This document shows, piece after piece, positions 21,943 to 31,676 of a stretch of 64,000 nucleotides of DNA. Location: assembly GCA_963701075.1 (NCBI GenBank), contig OY969559.1, positions 1,152,001 through 1,216,000 on the forward strand. The letters are read 5' to 3'. Source of the stretch: an uncultured Nitrososphaerota archaeon. GTDB lineage: Archaea; Thermoproteota; Nitrososphaeria; Nitrososphaerales; Nitrosopumilaceae. The translations under genes and the position numbers were made by a program. The notes below the pieces were generated by a model, which saw only the letters and a list, made by a program, of their open reading frames with translations, was not told the origin of the DNA and made no database searches. The stretch's first letter is position 1, and the number at the start of each line of letters is the position of its first letter.

Positions 21943-22437
21943 TTATTTCTTGACCATCAGTCCTGTCTCCCACCAATTAAACTCGTCAAAATATGGATAG
22001 GCTCCGGGATACTTGAACTGGTATGAATAACTCTCTCCTGGTTCCATTGCCTTGCTGTCAAAAAAATAACCTTGTGAAAGCTCACTCCACATGCTACCAT
22101 AAGTTACAGTGTGCTGTAAAGTATCATTATTTTGCCATGTTACTATGGTTCCAGATTTGACATACAATGTGGTGGGCTGGTAACAGGTATTGAAATAACT
22201 GCCATATCTTATGTCATTTGCAGCACAATTTGGTGTAATTATCACCTGGGGATTTCCATTGTGTGAAATGCTTGTAGTGGAGTTTGATTTTGCAATACTG
22301 ATTGGCTCAGAGATGCCTGCACAGATGGTAGCACCGCTTGGTCCTGTTACACATGTTGCATCTGCCTCGTGCGTATGACTTGAAATTATTACTACAATTG
22401 AAGCCATTGCAATTACTGAGATATGTGCAAAATTCAT
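21943..22437 (-). CDS. Secreted cupredoxin-fold protein with an atypical ligand loop
   Basis: Signal peptide; V..GT.VTW.N.D...HTVT...FDS....PG.SY...F..PG.YPYF. Confidence 0.8.
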   Translation of the reverse strand: MNFAHISVIAMASIVVIISSHTHEADATCVTGPSGATICAGISEPISIAKSNSTTSISHNGNPQVIITPNCAANDIRYGSYFNTCYQPTTLYVKSGTIVTWQNNDTLQHTVTYGSMWSELSQGYFFDSKAMEPGESYSYQFKYPGAYPYFDEFNWWETGLMVKK

Positions 22438-22580
22438 ACTTGGAAATATAATGGGTTATCGCAGGTTATATTCTTACAAATATTTGTACAAAAAAATGTG
22501 ATCTTATCTGTCTGTGCAACAAAATCAAACTTGATAATCGTTCTATCTTCTTAAAAGTCAAAAAGACGTTATATCTATCA

Positions 22581-22976
22581 ATGATCAAGCAAACAGCCCT
22601 GGCCGCATCTGTAATAGCTGCCATAGTGGGTATCATGCATCTCTTTTTGGCCTCGCAGCTTCTCTCCATTTCGACTGCGCCAAAAATTATGGTCTTTTTT
22701 CTCATAGTGGGCATACTTCAGCTATTTTGGGTGATTCCTACCATAAAACAGTGGGGTAGTTTTTGGAACTATGTTGGAATTGGTGGCACATTGGCACTGA
22801 TAGGGATTTGGTCGCTCACACGATTTCCAAATCCGATTGTAGGCAGAGCGTTGCCTGTAAACGCGATGGGCGTTTTAGAAGAGACGCTACAGGTAGCATT
22901 TATTGTCATCTTGTTTATCATCTCGTACAAGGGAAGACAAGAGATCAGGCAGAATAAACTCGGCCAAGGAATATGA
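22581..22976 (+). CDS. Membrane protein (about 4 TM)
   Basis: Four hydrophobic segments. Confidence 0.7.
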   Translation: MIKQTALAASVIAAIVGIMHLFLASQLLSISTAPKIMVFFLIVGILQLFWVIPTIKQWGSFWNYVGIGGTLALIGIWSLTRFPNPIVGRALPVNAMGVLEETLQVAFIVILFIISYKGRQEIRQNKLGQGI

Positions 22977-23131
22977 TGGTGTTTGATACCATTGGAGGAT
23001 CCTCAGTGTTATCTGGATGGAATTCAAAGGACTCTCAGCTCTGTCTTAATTGGTCTTTTTCATTCTCTGGAGCGTTTTTGCCCAGTTGATAAAACAGGAC
23101 CAAATTATCGGTTCTTCAATATTTTCTTTTT

Positions 23132-23929
23132 TCATGCCAGGTTTTTCCTAAAAAACGTCTTTGTCTTGCCAAACGCTTCCTTTGCAGCCTCCCTGTTGTA
23201 TGAAGGCCGCTGCTCATTGAAGAAAGCGTGAACAGTCCCCTTGTAGATCTTCATCTCAAACTCTTTGTGGTATTTTATCATGTTTTCCACAAGAGAGGGT
23301 ATTGCAGAGTTGATATGCGGATCCTCTTCTGCATAGTGGCAAAGCACCGGTCCCTTTATTTTTTCAATGGATTCAAGTGGTTTTGGATTTGAGCCGTAAA
23401 AGATTACGGTAACTCCAAGTGGAATGATTGTGGAGAGCTGAAATGCAAGTCCTCCGCCAAGGCAAAAGCCCATTGCCCCCAGCGGTTTTCTGCTCACTGC
23501 GTTTGAGTTTTCAAGATATTTGCAGCATGTTATGATGTCTTTGACCAAATCTTCTTCCATTTTTTGCCTTTCTTTGAATATTATCTGGACTACACTTTTT
23601 TCAGAGTCTGACATTTTTTTTGAGGCCTCTTCAATTGCGCCTGGGTCTGACATGCTCTTTACAGGCAGTGCCATGATCTTTTTCATTGCAGATTCTATGT
23701 TTTGTTCGTTGAGCGTGTCTTTGTATCTTGAGAATAGGTCAGGGGCAAGTGCTACGTAACCCTCTTTTGCAAACCTTTTTGCAACTTCTTCTATCTGGCT
23801 GTTAAGGCCCCATACCTCATGCAGTATGATGATTCCGGGCAGCTTTTTTGCTGTCTTTGGAAAAGCAATGTATGCTCCAATTTCTATGCCATCTTGTTGT
23901 ATAGTTATCCTCTTTTTTGTTATCTCCAA
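23132..23929 (-). CDS. Dienelactone hydrolase family protein
   Basis: HEVWGLN, ALAPDLF, GFCLGG nucleophile, HAFFN. Confidence 0.92.
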   Translation of the reverse strand: MEITKKRITIQQDGIEIGAYIAFPKTAKKLPGIIILHEVWGLNSQIEEVAKRFAKEGYVALAPDLFSRYKDTLNEQNIESAMKKIMALPVKSMSDPGAIEEASKKMSDSEKSVVQIIFKERQKMEEDLVKDIITCCKYLENSNAVSRKPLGAMGFCLGGGLAFQLSTIIPLGVTVIFYGSNPKPLESIEKIKGPVLCHYAEEDPHINSAIPSLVENMIKYHKEFEMKIYKGTVHAFFNEQRPSYNREAAKEAFGKTKTFFRKNLA

Positions 23930-24044
23930 TATGGAACTAGTTTTCTTTATTGAATTTAAACAGTATAAAACAGACCAAATCTCATTATTGATACTAGGTG
24001 TCGTACAGAACTCTGGGTTTTGATTACAAAATGATGCTATATGT

Positions 24045-24527
24045 TCAAAGAGTAATTTCTTTCATGTCACATTTTGCAGCATTCCATAAATGATCACATA
24101 GGTTGAAGATGCCACTTGCAATATCGTGGTAAGTTGTATGAATGATGGAATCATTTGCGTCATCTATGTGAATTGGGTCTGCCATTGATGTTGAGATGAT
24201 TGCCTGCATGTTCTCTTGTACAAGTATTCTGCCTTTGAACGGAATATTTGTTACCATGATCTCGTCTGCGCCCAATTGTTTTGCTAATAATACCATGTCG
24301 TTATCACATGGTTCCATTAAGAGACGCACCCTCCCTCCTGCCCTTCTGTATGAATTTATCCTGTCTGGGATACCTGTCTCATACATTCTTGACATCTCTT
24401 CAACTGTACAGGAGATGTAGATTAGAGCTGTAGATTCAGTGAATATGTTTGCAATTCTTTCATATATGTTACCTCTTCCACGCGTTATGGAAAAAGATGG
24501 ATAGACGCTTTGGTTTATTTTTTGCAT
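24045..24527 (-). CDS. Stand-alone TrmB-like effector domain (no HTH)
   Basis: I.RGRGNIY..I......, ending F..LW pattern resembling the TrmB C-terminal domain. Confidence 0.5.
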   Translation of the reverse strand: MQKINQSVYPSFSITRGRGNIYERIANIFTESTALIYISCTVEEMSRMYETGIPDRINSYRRAGGRVRLLMEPCDNDMVLLAKQLGADEIMVTNIPFKGRILVQENMQAIISTSMADPIHIDDANDSIIHTTYHDIASGIFNLCDHLWNAAKCDMKEITL

Positions 24528-24764
24528 TTTGATATCTCACACTTTTGGCAGTCTACTGCGATATAGCTTGGACCAATTGTAGAGCCACCATAGGTTGTAG
24601 ACTGCCTTTGATCTAATCCCACGATTTTATCTAAGGCTTTGCTATGTCTTTTATGGTGAACTAGATCATAATCATAGTCTTACAATGAATGCGTAGTTTA
24701 CATAAATCTGAGTGCAATGATACTCATACTACAAATTCATAGCAAGGAAAAAAATCCTAAATAT

Positions 24765-25577
24765 TTAATGAAAATTTACTGCAGTGATTCCACCTATTAC
24801 AATAGCTATGATTCCAAGCACAAAGTTGACAAGGTATATCTTGTTGCTCTTTGCAAATTTTAGCAGATATGATATCACAACCAGTCCTACTAGAGCAGAT
24901 GATGCTATAGCTATTAGTATTCCAGTTGTATCTATGCTTGCAATTGCAGCGTGAACCTCTTTTTTGCTAAACAGTACGGTCATCATAAATGCGCCAATGG
25001 CTGCAGGAATGTACGCAAGAAATGATAGCCTAAAGGCAACATCGGGCTTGACACCCATTAGCAGCATTGTTGAAGTTGTCATGCCGGACCTGCTTACTCC
25101 TGGAAGTGCTGCAATTCCCTGTGCAATACCGATTGCAAGATAATGTTTTATTTTCATCTCCTCGAGGCTACCAATTTTTTGGCTTGTCCTTGAGCGCCTA
25201 ATGTAAGCACCGTTTACTATCAGTATTACACCGAGAATTAGCATTGGTATTCCAACATTGTACGAGCCTTCAAGAACATGCTCCACTACAAAATAGATGG
25301 GCACACCTATTATTGCAGTGACTACCGTTACCACAACAAGATATGCCAAAAGTTTTCTATCTTTGATAAGAGAGATGACATCTTTTCTAAAATAAATGAG
25401 TGCCGAGCCCACAGAGCCAATCTCCATGAACAGGCCAAAGGCATAAGCCACAACTAGGGGTAATCCAAAGAGCGCGTTTGAAACTATGAGAACCTGGGTC
25501 TTGCTACTTATGGGCAGCCATTCGGCAATTCCCTGCACCACGCCAACTATGATAGAATATAAAATGTTTACAGGCAC
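24765..25577 (-). CDS. uppP: Undecaprenyl-diphosphate phosphatase (BacA/UppP family)
   Basis: GVVQGIAEWLPISS and ALPGVSRSG motifs. Confidence 0.92.
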   Translation of the reverse strand: MPVNILYSIIVGVVQGIAEWLPISSKTQVLIVSNALFGLPLVVAYAFGLFMEIGSVGSALIYFRKDVISLIKDRKLLAYLVVVTVVTAIIGVPIYFVVEHVLEGSYNVGIPMLILGVILIVNGAYIRRSRTSQKIGSLEEMKIKHYLAIGIAQGIAALPGVSRSGMTTSTMLLMGVKPDVAFRLSFLAYIPAAIGAFMMTVLFSKKEVHAAIASIDTTGILIAIASSALVGLVVISYLLKFAKSNKIYLVNFVLGIIAIVIGGITAVNFH

Positions 25578-25962
25578 TTTTTTTCAAGTCTGAATTGCCA
25601 TATTAGAACCTAAGCAAAAATATGCCTGCTCTTGGATGGTTTACAATTATTTGGCAGAAATTAGTAGGTGCTGTCCACAAGCACACAGATAATGTTGTAT
25701 TCTTGGAACTTGTGTCTTATGCTTGACAAATCTTTAGTGGTAGGGTCTTGGCAAATGAGTGCCAGTGGAAATGCAATAAAAATGTCACAAAAAAATCGCA
25801 TAATTTTGTAATATTTTGAACGATCCCCTGCTTAAATTTTTCGAGATTAATCGGCTAAATAATGTAAGATTTACATTGGTATCTGTCCAAATAGCTAAAT
25901 TTTATGTTAAAATTATTTGATGGTCTAACTCAAGTCATGTGCGCTGCCAGTGAACTGAAATA

Positions 25963-27336
25963 ATGCAACACGATGAAAATTTTTCTGCTGACAAGATTTT
26001 AGAGATTGCCGCAAAGATAGAACAGGAGAACGCAATCTTTTCAAAAAAATCTACGCTGGATTCCCTATCGCTGCCGTCGAAGATACTTGGAAGAGAAAAA
26101 CAGATCGAGCAAATCATCAGATTTCTTTTAGGATACAAATATGGCCATGTGGTACCGTTCATATCTGTATACGGCAGAAGTGGTTCTGGCAAAACAACGG
26201 TTGTACAGCATGTTTGCAAGGAGCTGGGGATTGACTATGTCATAGTGAACCTTCGACGGGCCAATACAGTATTTGGATCTTTGAACTTGATTTTGGGAGA
26301 GGTTGGCTTGGATGCAGTCAAGGGCTCACAAGGAACAGCTGTATCATTTGGCAAGATTGCAGAAGCAATCAAATCAAGGCTTGAAAAAAACTCCAAGAAA
26401 CTTTTTGTCATGATACTTGACGAATTTGATGTCATATTTGAGGACATGCGTGGGCATCCATCTGACTTTATCTACAAACTAATCGAGCTTGAAAAGGATC
26501 TGGCAAGGGATGGTATCTATCTTTGCATCATTGCAATATCAAACAATGTCCTTTCAGAATATGACATTGATGACAGGGTTAAATCAAGAATTGGAACATC
26601 AGAGATATTTTTTGAGCCATATTTCTATGGTCATGTAATATCGATTCTACGTGAGCGAGCAAAGGAGGCCTTTGCAACTCCAGTCGATGATGAAGTGCTA
26701 CAACATTGCGCCAAGCTTGTGTCAGAAGAGCATGGTGATGCAAGACGGGCAATTGACCTGCTGCGAGTGGCAGCGGAGCGTGCCAGTGCAGAAGGTGAGA
26801 TGCCCCTGACTAGACATCACATTAATGCAGCGTCAAAAGAGATGCAAAAGGACAGGGCTGAGAACATCATAAAGCAGTCATCATACCATTTTAGGAGAAT
26901 CCTTGCAGCAATTGCAAGAATCACTTTTCTAAGTGGCAAGGAATGGCACTATACCTCGATTATAGTTCAGCAGTATAGGAGAGTGTGGCAAGACGGCTCT
27001 AATCTGCTCAAATACAGGAGGGTATCTGAGATTATCCGAGAGATTGAGAACACTGGATTTTTGGTATCTCAAGTGAGCTCAAGGGGAAGTCATGGGTATG
27101 GAAGGCAATACAAGCTTGCAATGTCTCCTCACGAAGTGGGTAGATACATGGGGTCTGGTTGGTGGGAGGACATTATCAAAGTCAAAAAGATGCATGCTGA
27201 CCGGGTAGAATTTATGAGAAAAGAGCTTGCGACATCTGAAAAAGAGAAAAATAAAATCGAGAAAATGCAGGCATTTGAAAGAGTGGCAAAAGACTGGAAT
27301 GACTATGTCTGGCTGGATAGGTATGACATTGAATAG
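25963..27336 (+). CDS. Divergent Orc1/Cdc6-like AAA+ ATPase with winged helix
   Basis: ILGREKQI, Walker A GRSGSGKT, Walker B LDEFD, RVKSR, GDARRAIDLLR. Confidence 0.88.
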   Translation: MQHDENFSADKILEIAAKIEQENAIFSKKSTLDSLSLPSKILGREKQIEQIIRFLLGYKYGHVVPFISVYGRSGSGKTTVVQHVCKELGIDYVIVNLRRANTVFGSLNLILGEVGLDAVKGSQGTAVSFGKIAEAIKSRLEKNSKKLFVMILDEFDVIFEDMRGHPSDFIYKLIELEKDLARDGIYLCIIAISNNVLSEYDIDDRVKSRIGTSEIFFEPYFYGHVISILRERAKEAFATPVDDEVLQHCAKLVSEEHGDARRAIDLLRVAAERASAEGEMPLTRHHINAASKEMQKDRAENIIKQSSYHFRRILAAIARITFLSGKEWHYTSIIVQQYRRVWQDGSNLLKYRRVSEIIREIENTGFLVSQVSSRGSHGYGRQYKLAMSPHEVGRYMGSGWWEDIIKVKKMHADRVEFMRKELATSEKEKNKIEKMQAFERVAKDWNDYVWLDRYDIE

Positions 27337-27346
27337 GGAGCGATAA

Positions 27347-28030
27347 GTGATGGATAATCTAGTACATAAGAATCGTGGAAACAAAAATGAGTTGCAGTCA
27401 ATTTATGAGCGCAGAATTGCAATTCGGCAGATACTTGCAAAATCAGGAGAAGATCATGTTATGGACAAGGGATTTGTCTTGCAAGAGCTTGCAAAGCAAG
27501 GGTTTCATCCAAGCAAGCGCACACTTGAGCGAGACCTTGTAGAAATACAAAGAAAGTATAGAATAAGAAAAAGGATCAGACTAGATTACAGGAAAAAAAT
27601 TGATCTTTGCTATGGATACATGAGAAAGATTGACCGTATGTGTGACAGGATATTTGTCGATTCAAAAAAGGCCATGACTGTTACATCTGTAGTAATTGGC
27701 CCAAAGGTAACAAAAATTATAGAAGAGACTAACGCAGAAAGGGTTGCCAACATTAAATCTGGTGTATTGGAGATCCAGACTCAGGTGTATGGGATGATGC
27801 TCAGGATGCTTGCAAGAGCCGCCAAGGGCCACAACATAAACATGTATCCTGCTGCATTTACACGAAAACATGTACAGGTCACACAAAAAGGAACAAAGCT
27901 GCAATCGACTATCAGAAATATCATGATAGAAAAAGTCAAGGCTGAGAGTTTGTTTAAAGGATCAGCCAAGAAAAAACCTCGTGAGCGCAGAAAAAAGAGA
28001 ATAATTCGTCTTGATATTACATGTGACTAA
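27347..28030 (+). CDS. Basic hypothetical protein with an N-terminal HTH-like region
   Basis: ERRIAIRQIL...LAKQGFHPSKRTLERDL; K/R-rich. Confidence 0.6.
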   Translation: MMDNLVHKNRGNKNELQSIYERRIAIRQILAKSGEDHVMDKGFVLQELAKQGFHPSKRTLERDLVEIQRKYRIRKRIRLDYRKKIDLCYGYMRKIDRMCDRIFVDSKKAMTVTSVVIGPKVTKIIEETNAERVANIKSGVLEIQTQVYGMMLRMLARAAKGHNINMYPAAFTRKHVQVTQKGTKLQSTIRNIMIEKVKAESLFKGSAKKKPRERRKKRIIRLDITCD

Positions 28031-28039
28031 ACCTTCAGT

Positions 28040-28067
28040 GGGTTCAGACATGTGAGAGTTTGAACCT
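28040..28067. repeat. Palindromic site, copy 1 (island border)
   Basis: GGGTTCAGACA-TGTGAG-AGTTTGAACCT; related copies at 46304 and 47940. Confidence 0.65.
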
Positions 28068-28129
28068 TAACTCAAAGTCAGCTGTATTTCAATGAGATCC
28101 ATTAAATCAAAACTAGAGCAGATGATTCC

Positions 28130-28246
28130 ATGCCATATACCTGTAAGGAATGTGGATTATCTTTCTATACAAGTGATGGTCTCGAAGTTCATATTCTATA
28201 CAGGCATACAAAACCAATTCCTAAAGGATTGGATTATTTTAGATAA
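28130..28246 (+). CDS. 38-aa C2H2 zinc-finger microprotein (below the ORF-track cutoff)
   Basis: MPYTCKECGLSFYTSDGLEVHILYRH: Y-x-C-x2-C-x3-F-x5-L-x2-H-x4-H. Confidence 0.7.
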   Translation: MPYTCKECGLSFYTSDGLEVHILYRHTKPIPKGLDYFR

Positions 28247-28261
28247 TCATACCTAGATGCT

Positions 28262-29359
28262 ATGAGATCTTTTTTATGTAGGAATCTTCTAGTTACCTCC
28301 TTCATGTCTCAGGAGCTGATACGAGAAATTGAAAACCTTATTGAATTTGGCTATGGGGATACCCGTAGACTAGATTCTATAGTTAACGCACTAGAAAATG
28401 GACACTCGTTGTATCAATCAGACCAAACATATGTTGACATGTTAATTTCCAAATGTCTCTATCCTCATATGGAAGAAAATTGGAGCTTGAAAAAACGGGT
28501 AGGTTCCTTGGAACAGAAAATACAAAATGTGAAACGTGATTATAGAAACAAAACAGAGACTGAAATAAACGAAGAGATTCCTGTGAATTTCTGCAGTAAA
28601 TGCGGTTCTACAGTATCAAGAATGTATTCGTCGTGTAAAAAGTGTGGCACCCTTCATGACGAATATAATTTTGGTGAACTCCGTAAAGAAAAGCTAAAAC
28701 AAAAAAGACATGCAGAGCCAATTACTGAAGACAGAGGACCTTTCATTAATTATTGTAGAAAATGCGGTTTGGCTCTTTCAAAAACAACTGAATTTTGTCC
28801 AAACTGTGGAACATATCAAACTAGTTTTGGATACAGAGGAGCTACAACGTACAAAAGCGAGGGAACGTCTCTTGTATTATCATTACTCTTTGGCGCATTT
28901 GGGTTTCTTGGAATAGCTCATAGGTATATTGGCAATATTGGAAGAAGCCTAGCACTCTTGTATTCTGGATGGATTCTAATGTTTTTGTCACTAATCGGAC
29001 TATATCCACTCATTAGTGAATACATTGAAAAATCATTGTACCCACAGTATGCAAATTACTATGGATCTTTTGGAGCCATTGTGAATCCATGGGGCATGAA
29101 TTACCAGCAGTCTGAAGTGTTCTATATCGTATTTTTGATTGTAATTCCGATAGCATATTTTGCACTTTTTATATGGCAAATCTTTGACGCAAGAAACCAG
29201 ACAAGAAAGTTTAACGATTTCATGGACAAATCTGGCAGTCAACTCTATGAGATGACAATTGGAAAAAAGGTTGCTTATGTCTTGGCCTTTTTTGCTCCCG
29301 TCTTTGCATTAATCGCACTTGTGTTGGTAGGATACGCTCTACAAAACATAAAACATTGA
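28262..29359 (+). CDS. Double zinc-ribbon plus TM2-like membrane protein
   Basis: Two pairs of CxxCG motifs; LSLLFG..GFLGIAHRYIG TM2 motif. Confidence 0.75.
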   Translation: MRSFLCRNLLVTSFMSQELIREIENLIEFGYGDTRRLDSIVNALENGHSLYQSDQTYVDMLISKCLYPHMEENWSLKKRVGSLEQKIQNVKRDYRNKTETEINEEIPVNFCSKCGSTVSRMYSSCKKCGTLHDEYNFGELRKEKLKQKRHAEPITEDRGPFINYCRKCGLALSKTTEFCPNCGTYQTSFGYRGATTYKSEGTSLVLSLLFGAFGFLGIAHRYIGNIGRSLALLYSGWILMFLSLIGLYPLISEYIEKSLYPQYANYYGSFGAIVNPWGMNYQQSEVFYIVFLIVIPIAYFALFIWQIFDARNQTRKFNDFMDKSGSQLYEMTIGKKVAYVLAFFAPVFALIALVLVGYALQNIKH

Positions 29360-29466
29360 AATTTAGAGTCACATTTGCAGCAAAAAATCACACTTTAACA
29401 AAAATTTGACTTAGTTGCCTTGAAAATCTAAAGAGTGTTTATCTACTTGACTAAAAAACAACGTCT

Positions 29467-30526
29467 GTGAAAACAACAGTTGTTATAGCAATTATTGCTG
29501 TAGCAATTGTTGGGATCATACTTGGTCTTGTAGCTTATTCTTACACCCAGATTCAGATCAGCCTTGAGAGCGTGTCATATCAAGGCCTTGACTTTGCAAG
29601 TGCTTCTCCTGTAACACTTGCAAAAATCGCTATCAATGGAATCTTGGGAAATTGGCTTGGAGCATTACTTTCACTAGTTACAGGTGTCAAGCTTGGACTG
29701 GGATTTGCACTAAGCAATCATGGGTTTGTTCCCGTGTACATCCCCGATGTATCGTATGATCTCCTAGTAAACGATGTCAAAGTAGGGCAAGGTCACAGCA
29801 CAATTGATGCTACAATTAACCCTGAAGACGCAAAGAGTCTTTGATGATACTCAGGACATCCAATTTTCTAGCCTTGCGCCTGCTGTTTCTTCAATAATTG
29901 CCTCTGAGGGAAACATCAATTTCCAAGTAAGTGGCACAGCATATTTCCAGTTCCTTGGACTTTCTTTACCTGTACCATTCCAATATACAAAACAAGTCAA
30001 TGTTGTAAACGAGATAAAGAGTCGTTTTCTTGGAAGTTCACAAAATTCAGGGTATTCAAACAACTCTTACCAACCAACGCAAACATCAATTCAAAACCAA
30101 AATTCGTCTACATTACAGCAACAACTAGGACAAGCAGGACAAAAAATCCAGTCAGTACAGTCAAACCCAAATCCTTCCAATTCTCAAGTACCTACTTTTC
30201 CAATAGCAAATTCTGTATATCGAGTTGGCTCTGGTACCTATACTTCCATACCATTTAACATGCAGTGCTCTGGAACTGTAACTGGAGAGTTTTCAGCTCA
30301 AGCCGCACTTGGAGATAATATCATTATATACGTGATGGACTCGACTGGATTTTCCCAGTTCCAATCAGGCCATTCAGCGTCTACATATTACAATAGCGGC
30401 AAGGTAGCATCAGGGACATTAAACATTAGCCTATCAACTGGACAGTACTATCTTGTACTTTCAAATACCTACTCGACAATTTCTACAAAGAATGTGGCTC
30501 TTCAAGCATACTACAGTTGTGGTTAA
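29467..30526 (+). CDS. Membrane-anchored LEA-2-like plus beta-sandwich protein (frameshift ~29838)
   Basis: N-terminal anchor, LSNHG..PVYI..VSYDLLVND..VGQG; joined across AGTCT; Q/S-rich linker. Confidence 0.7.
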
Positions 30527-30574
30527 TGACATAATCCTTTTCTAATACTTGATCACTATCAATGCGATCTCGTA

Positions 30575-31102
30575 GTGAAAGAGTTCTTTACAGGAAAAGA
30601 AATTGAGATACCAGATGACGTACAACGATTATTGCAATTCAATGAAAAAGTCTTACTTTCTGCCCAAGTTGCACGTTCAACTGAGTTAATCAACCCTGCT
30701 ACAATATTTGTAACATCTCAAAGAGTACTTGTTAGAAAGCCTACTACTCTAGGATTGAGAAAAAATGTTGAAGATTATAGGTATACAGATATTGCAAATG
30801 TCAAGATGAAAAGAGGCATCATCAGATCTGGAATCATACTTAAAATGAGATTTCTCTCAGATGATGTAGAAGTAGACAATTTTCCAAAAGATGTAGGAGA
30901 AAAAATATTTAGACTAGTGCAAGACGGCGTGGCAGGAAGGTTAACGTCAGCACAACCCAAAGATCCTGAAGTTAAAACTCCTAGTCTTCTTCAACAAGAA
31001 ATAATTGAAAAAATAAAGGAATTGGCAAAATTAAAAGATCAAGGAATATTGTCAGATATAGAATTTCAAACCAAAAAATCTGAATTGCTAGCTAGGCTTT
31101 AA
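30575..31102 (+). CDS. Bacterial PH-domain plus SHOCT-domain protein
   Basis: IFVTSQRVL...Y.DI..V and IKELAKLKDQGILSDIEFQTKKSELL. Confidence 0.85.
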   Translation: MKEFFTGKEIEIPDDVQRLLQFNEKVLLSAQVARSTELINPATIFVTSQRVLVRKPTTLGLRKNVEDYRYTDIANVKMKRGIIRSGIILKMRFLSDDVEVDNFPKDVGEKIFRLVQDGVAGRLTSAQPKDPEVKTPSLLQQEIIEKIKELAKLKDQGILSDIEFQTKKSELLARL

Positions 31103-31111
31103 TCCAAATAC

Positions 31112-31663
31112 ATGTCGTCTTCTAAAATCAAATCCAAGTTACCTTATCTTATTTTAATAATTTTTATGACTTTTCTTAGTGTTGATGTTTTCAATGCTTA
31201 TGCAGTAGTATTTACAGATCACTTGGGGTACATTCCATCTTGGGCTTCAACAATGGGACAGAATCAGGCTCTAAGTGTTTGTAGTACTAGTGTACAATTT
31301 GGTACAGCTGATTCCAAATGGTGTGGTGAGTTTTCTGGATATACGTTAGATCAGTTGAGTGGTAAAACTACAGTAACCTTTGTGGATCATACTGGCTATA
31401 TTCCATCTTGGGCTTCAACAATGGGACAGAATCAGGCTCTAAGTGTTTGTAGTACTAGTGTACAATTTGGTACAGCTGATTCCAAATGGTGTGGTGAGTT
31501 TTCTGGATATATTTTAGATCAATTAAGTAAAACAACTAGCAATACATCGTCCCAACAATCAACAGTGCCTGAATTTGGTCCAATTGCAGGAATAGTTATC
31601 ACACTGTCTTTAATTGGATCCATCGTCATATCAAAGAGATTTTCTGTCTTCAACCGACACTAA
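31112..31663 (+). CDS. PEFG-CTERM surface protein with a duplicated 56-aa Cys-containing module
   Basis: Signal peptide; C-terminal VPEFG plus TM plus basic tail. Confidence 0.85.
   Translation: MSSSKIKSKLPYLILIIFMTFLSVDVFNAYAVVFTDHLGYIPSWASTMGQNQALSVCSTSVQFGTADSKWCGEFSGYTLDQLSGKTTVTFVDHTGYIPSWASTMGQNQALSVCSTSVQFGTADSKWCGEFSGYILDQLSKTTSNTSSQQSTVPEFGPIAGIVITLSLIGSIVISKRFSVFNRH
31232..31511 (+). repeat. Intragenic tandem duplication, 112 bp identical, 168-bp period
   Basis: 31232-31343 equals 31400-31511. Confidence 0.92.
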
Positions 31664-31676
31664 ATTCGAACCAAAA

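Noticed and set aside
31217-31522. CRISPR array
   Set aside because: Only two long in-frame coding repeats, with no spacers and no cas genes. No CRISPR array was seen anywhere in the window.
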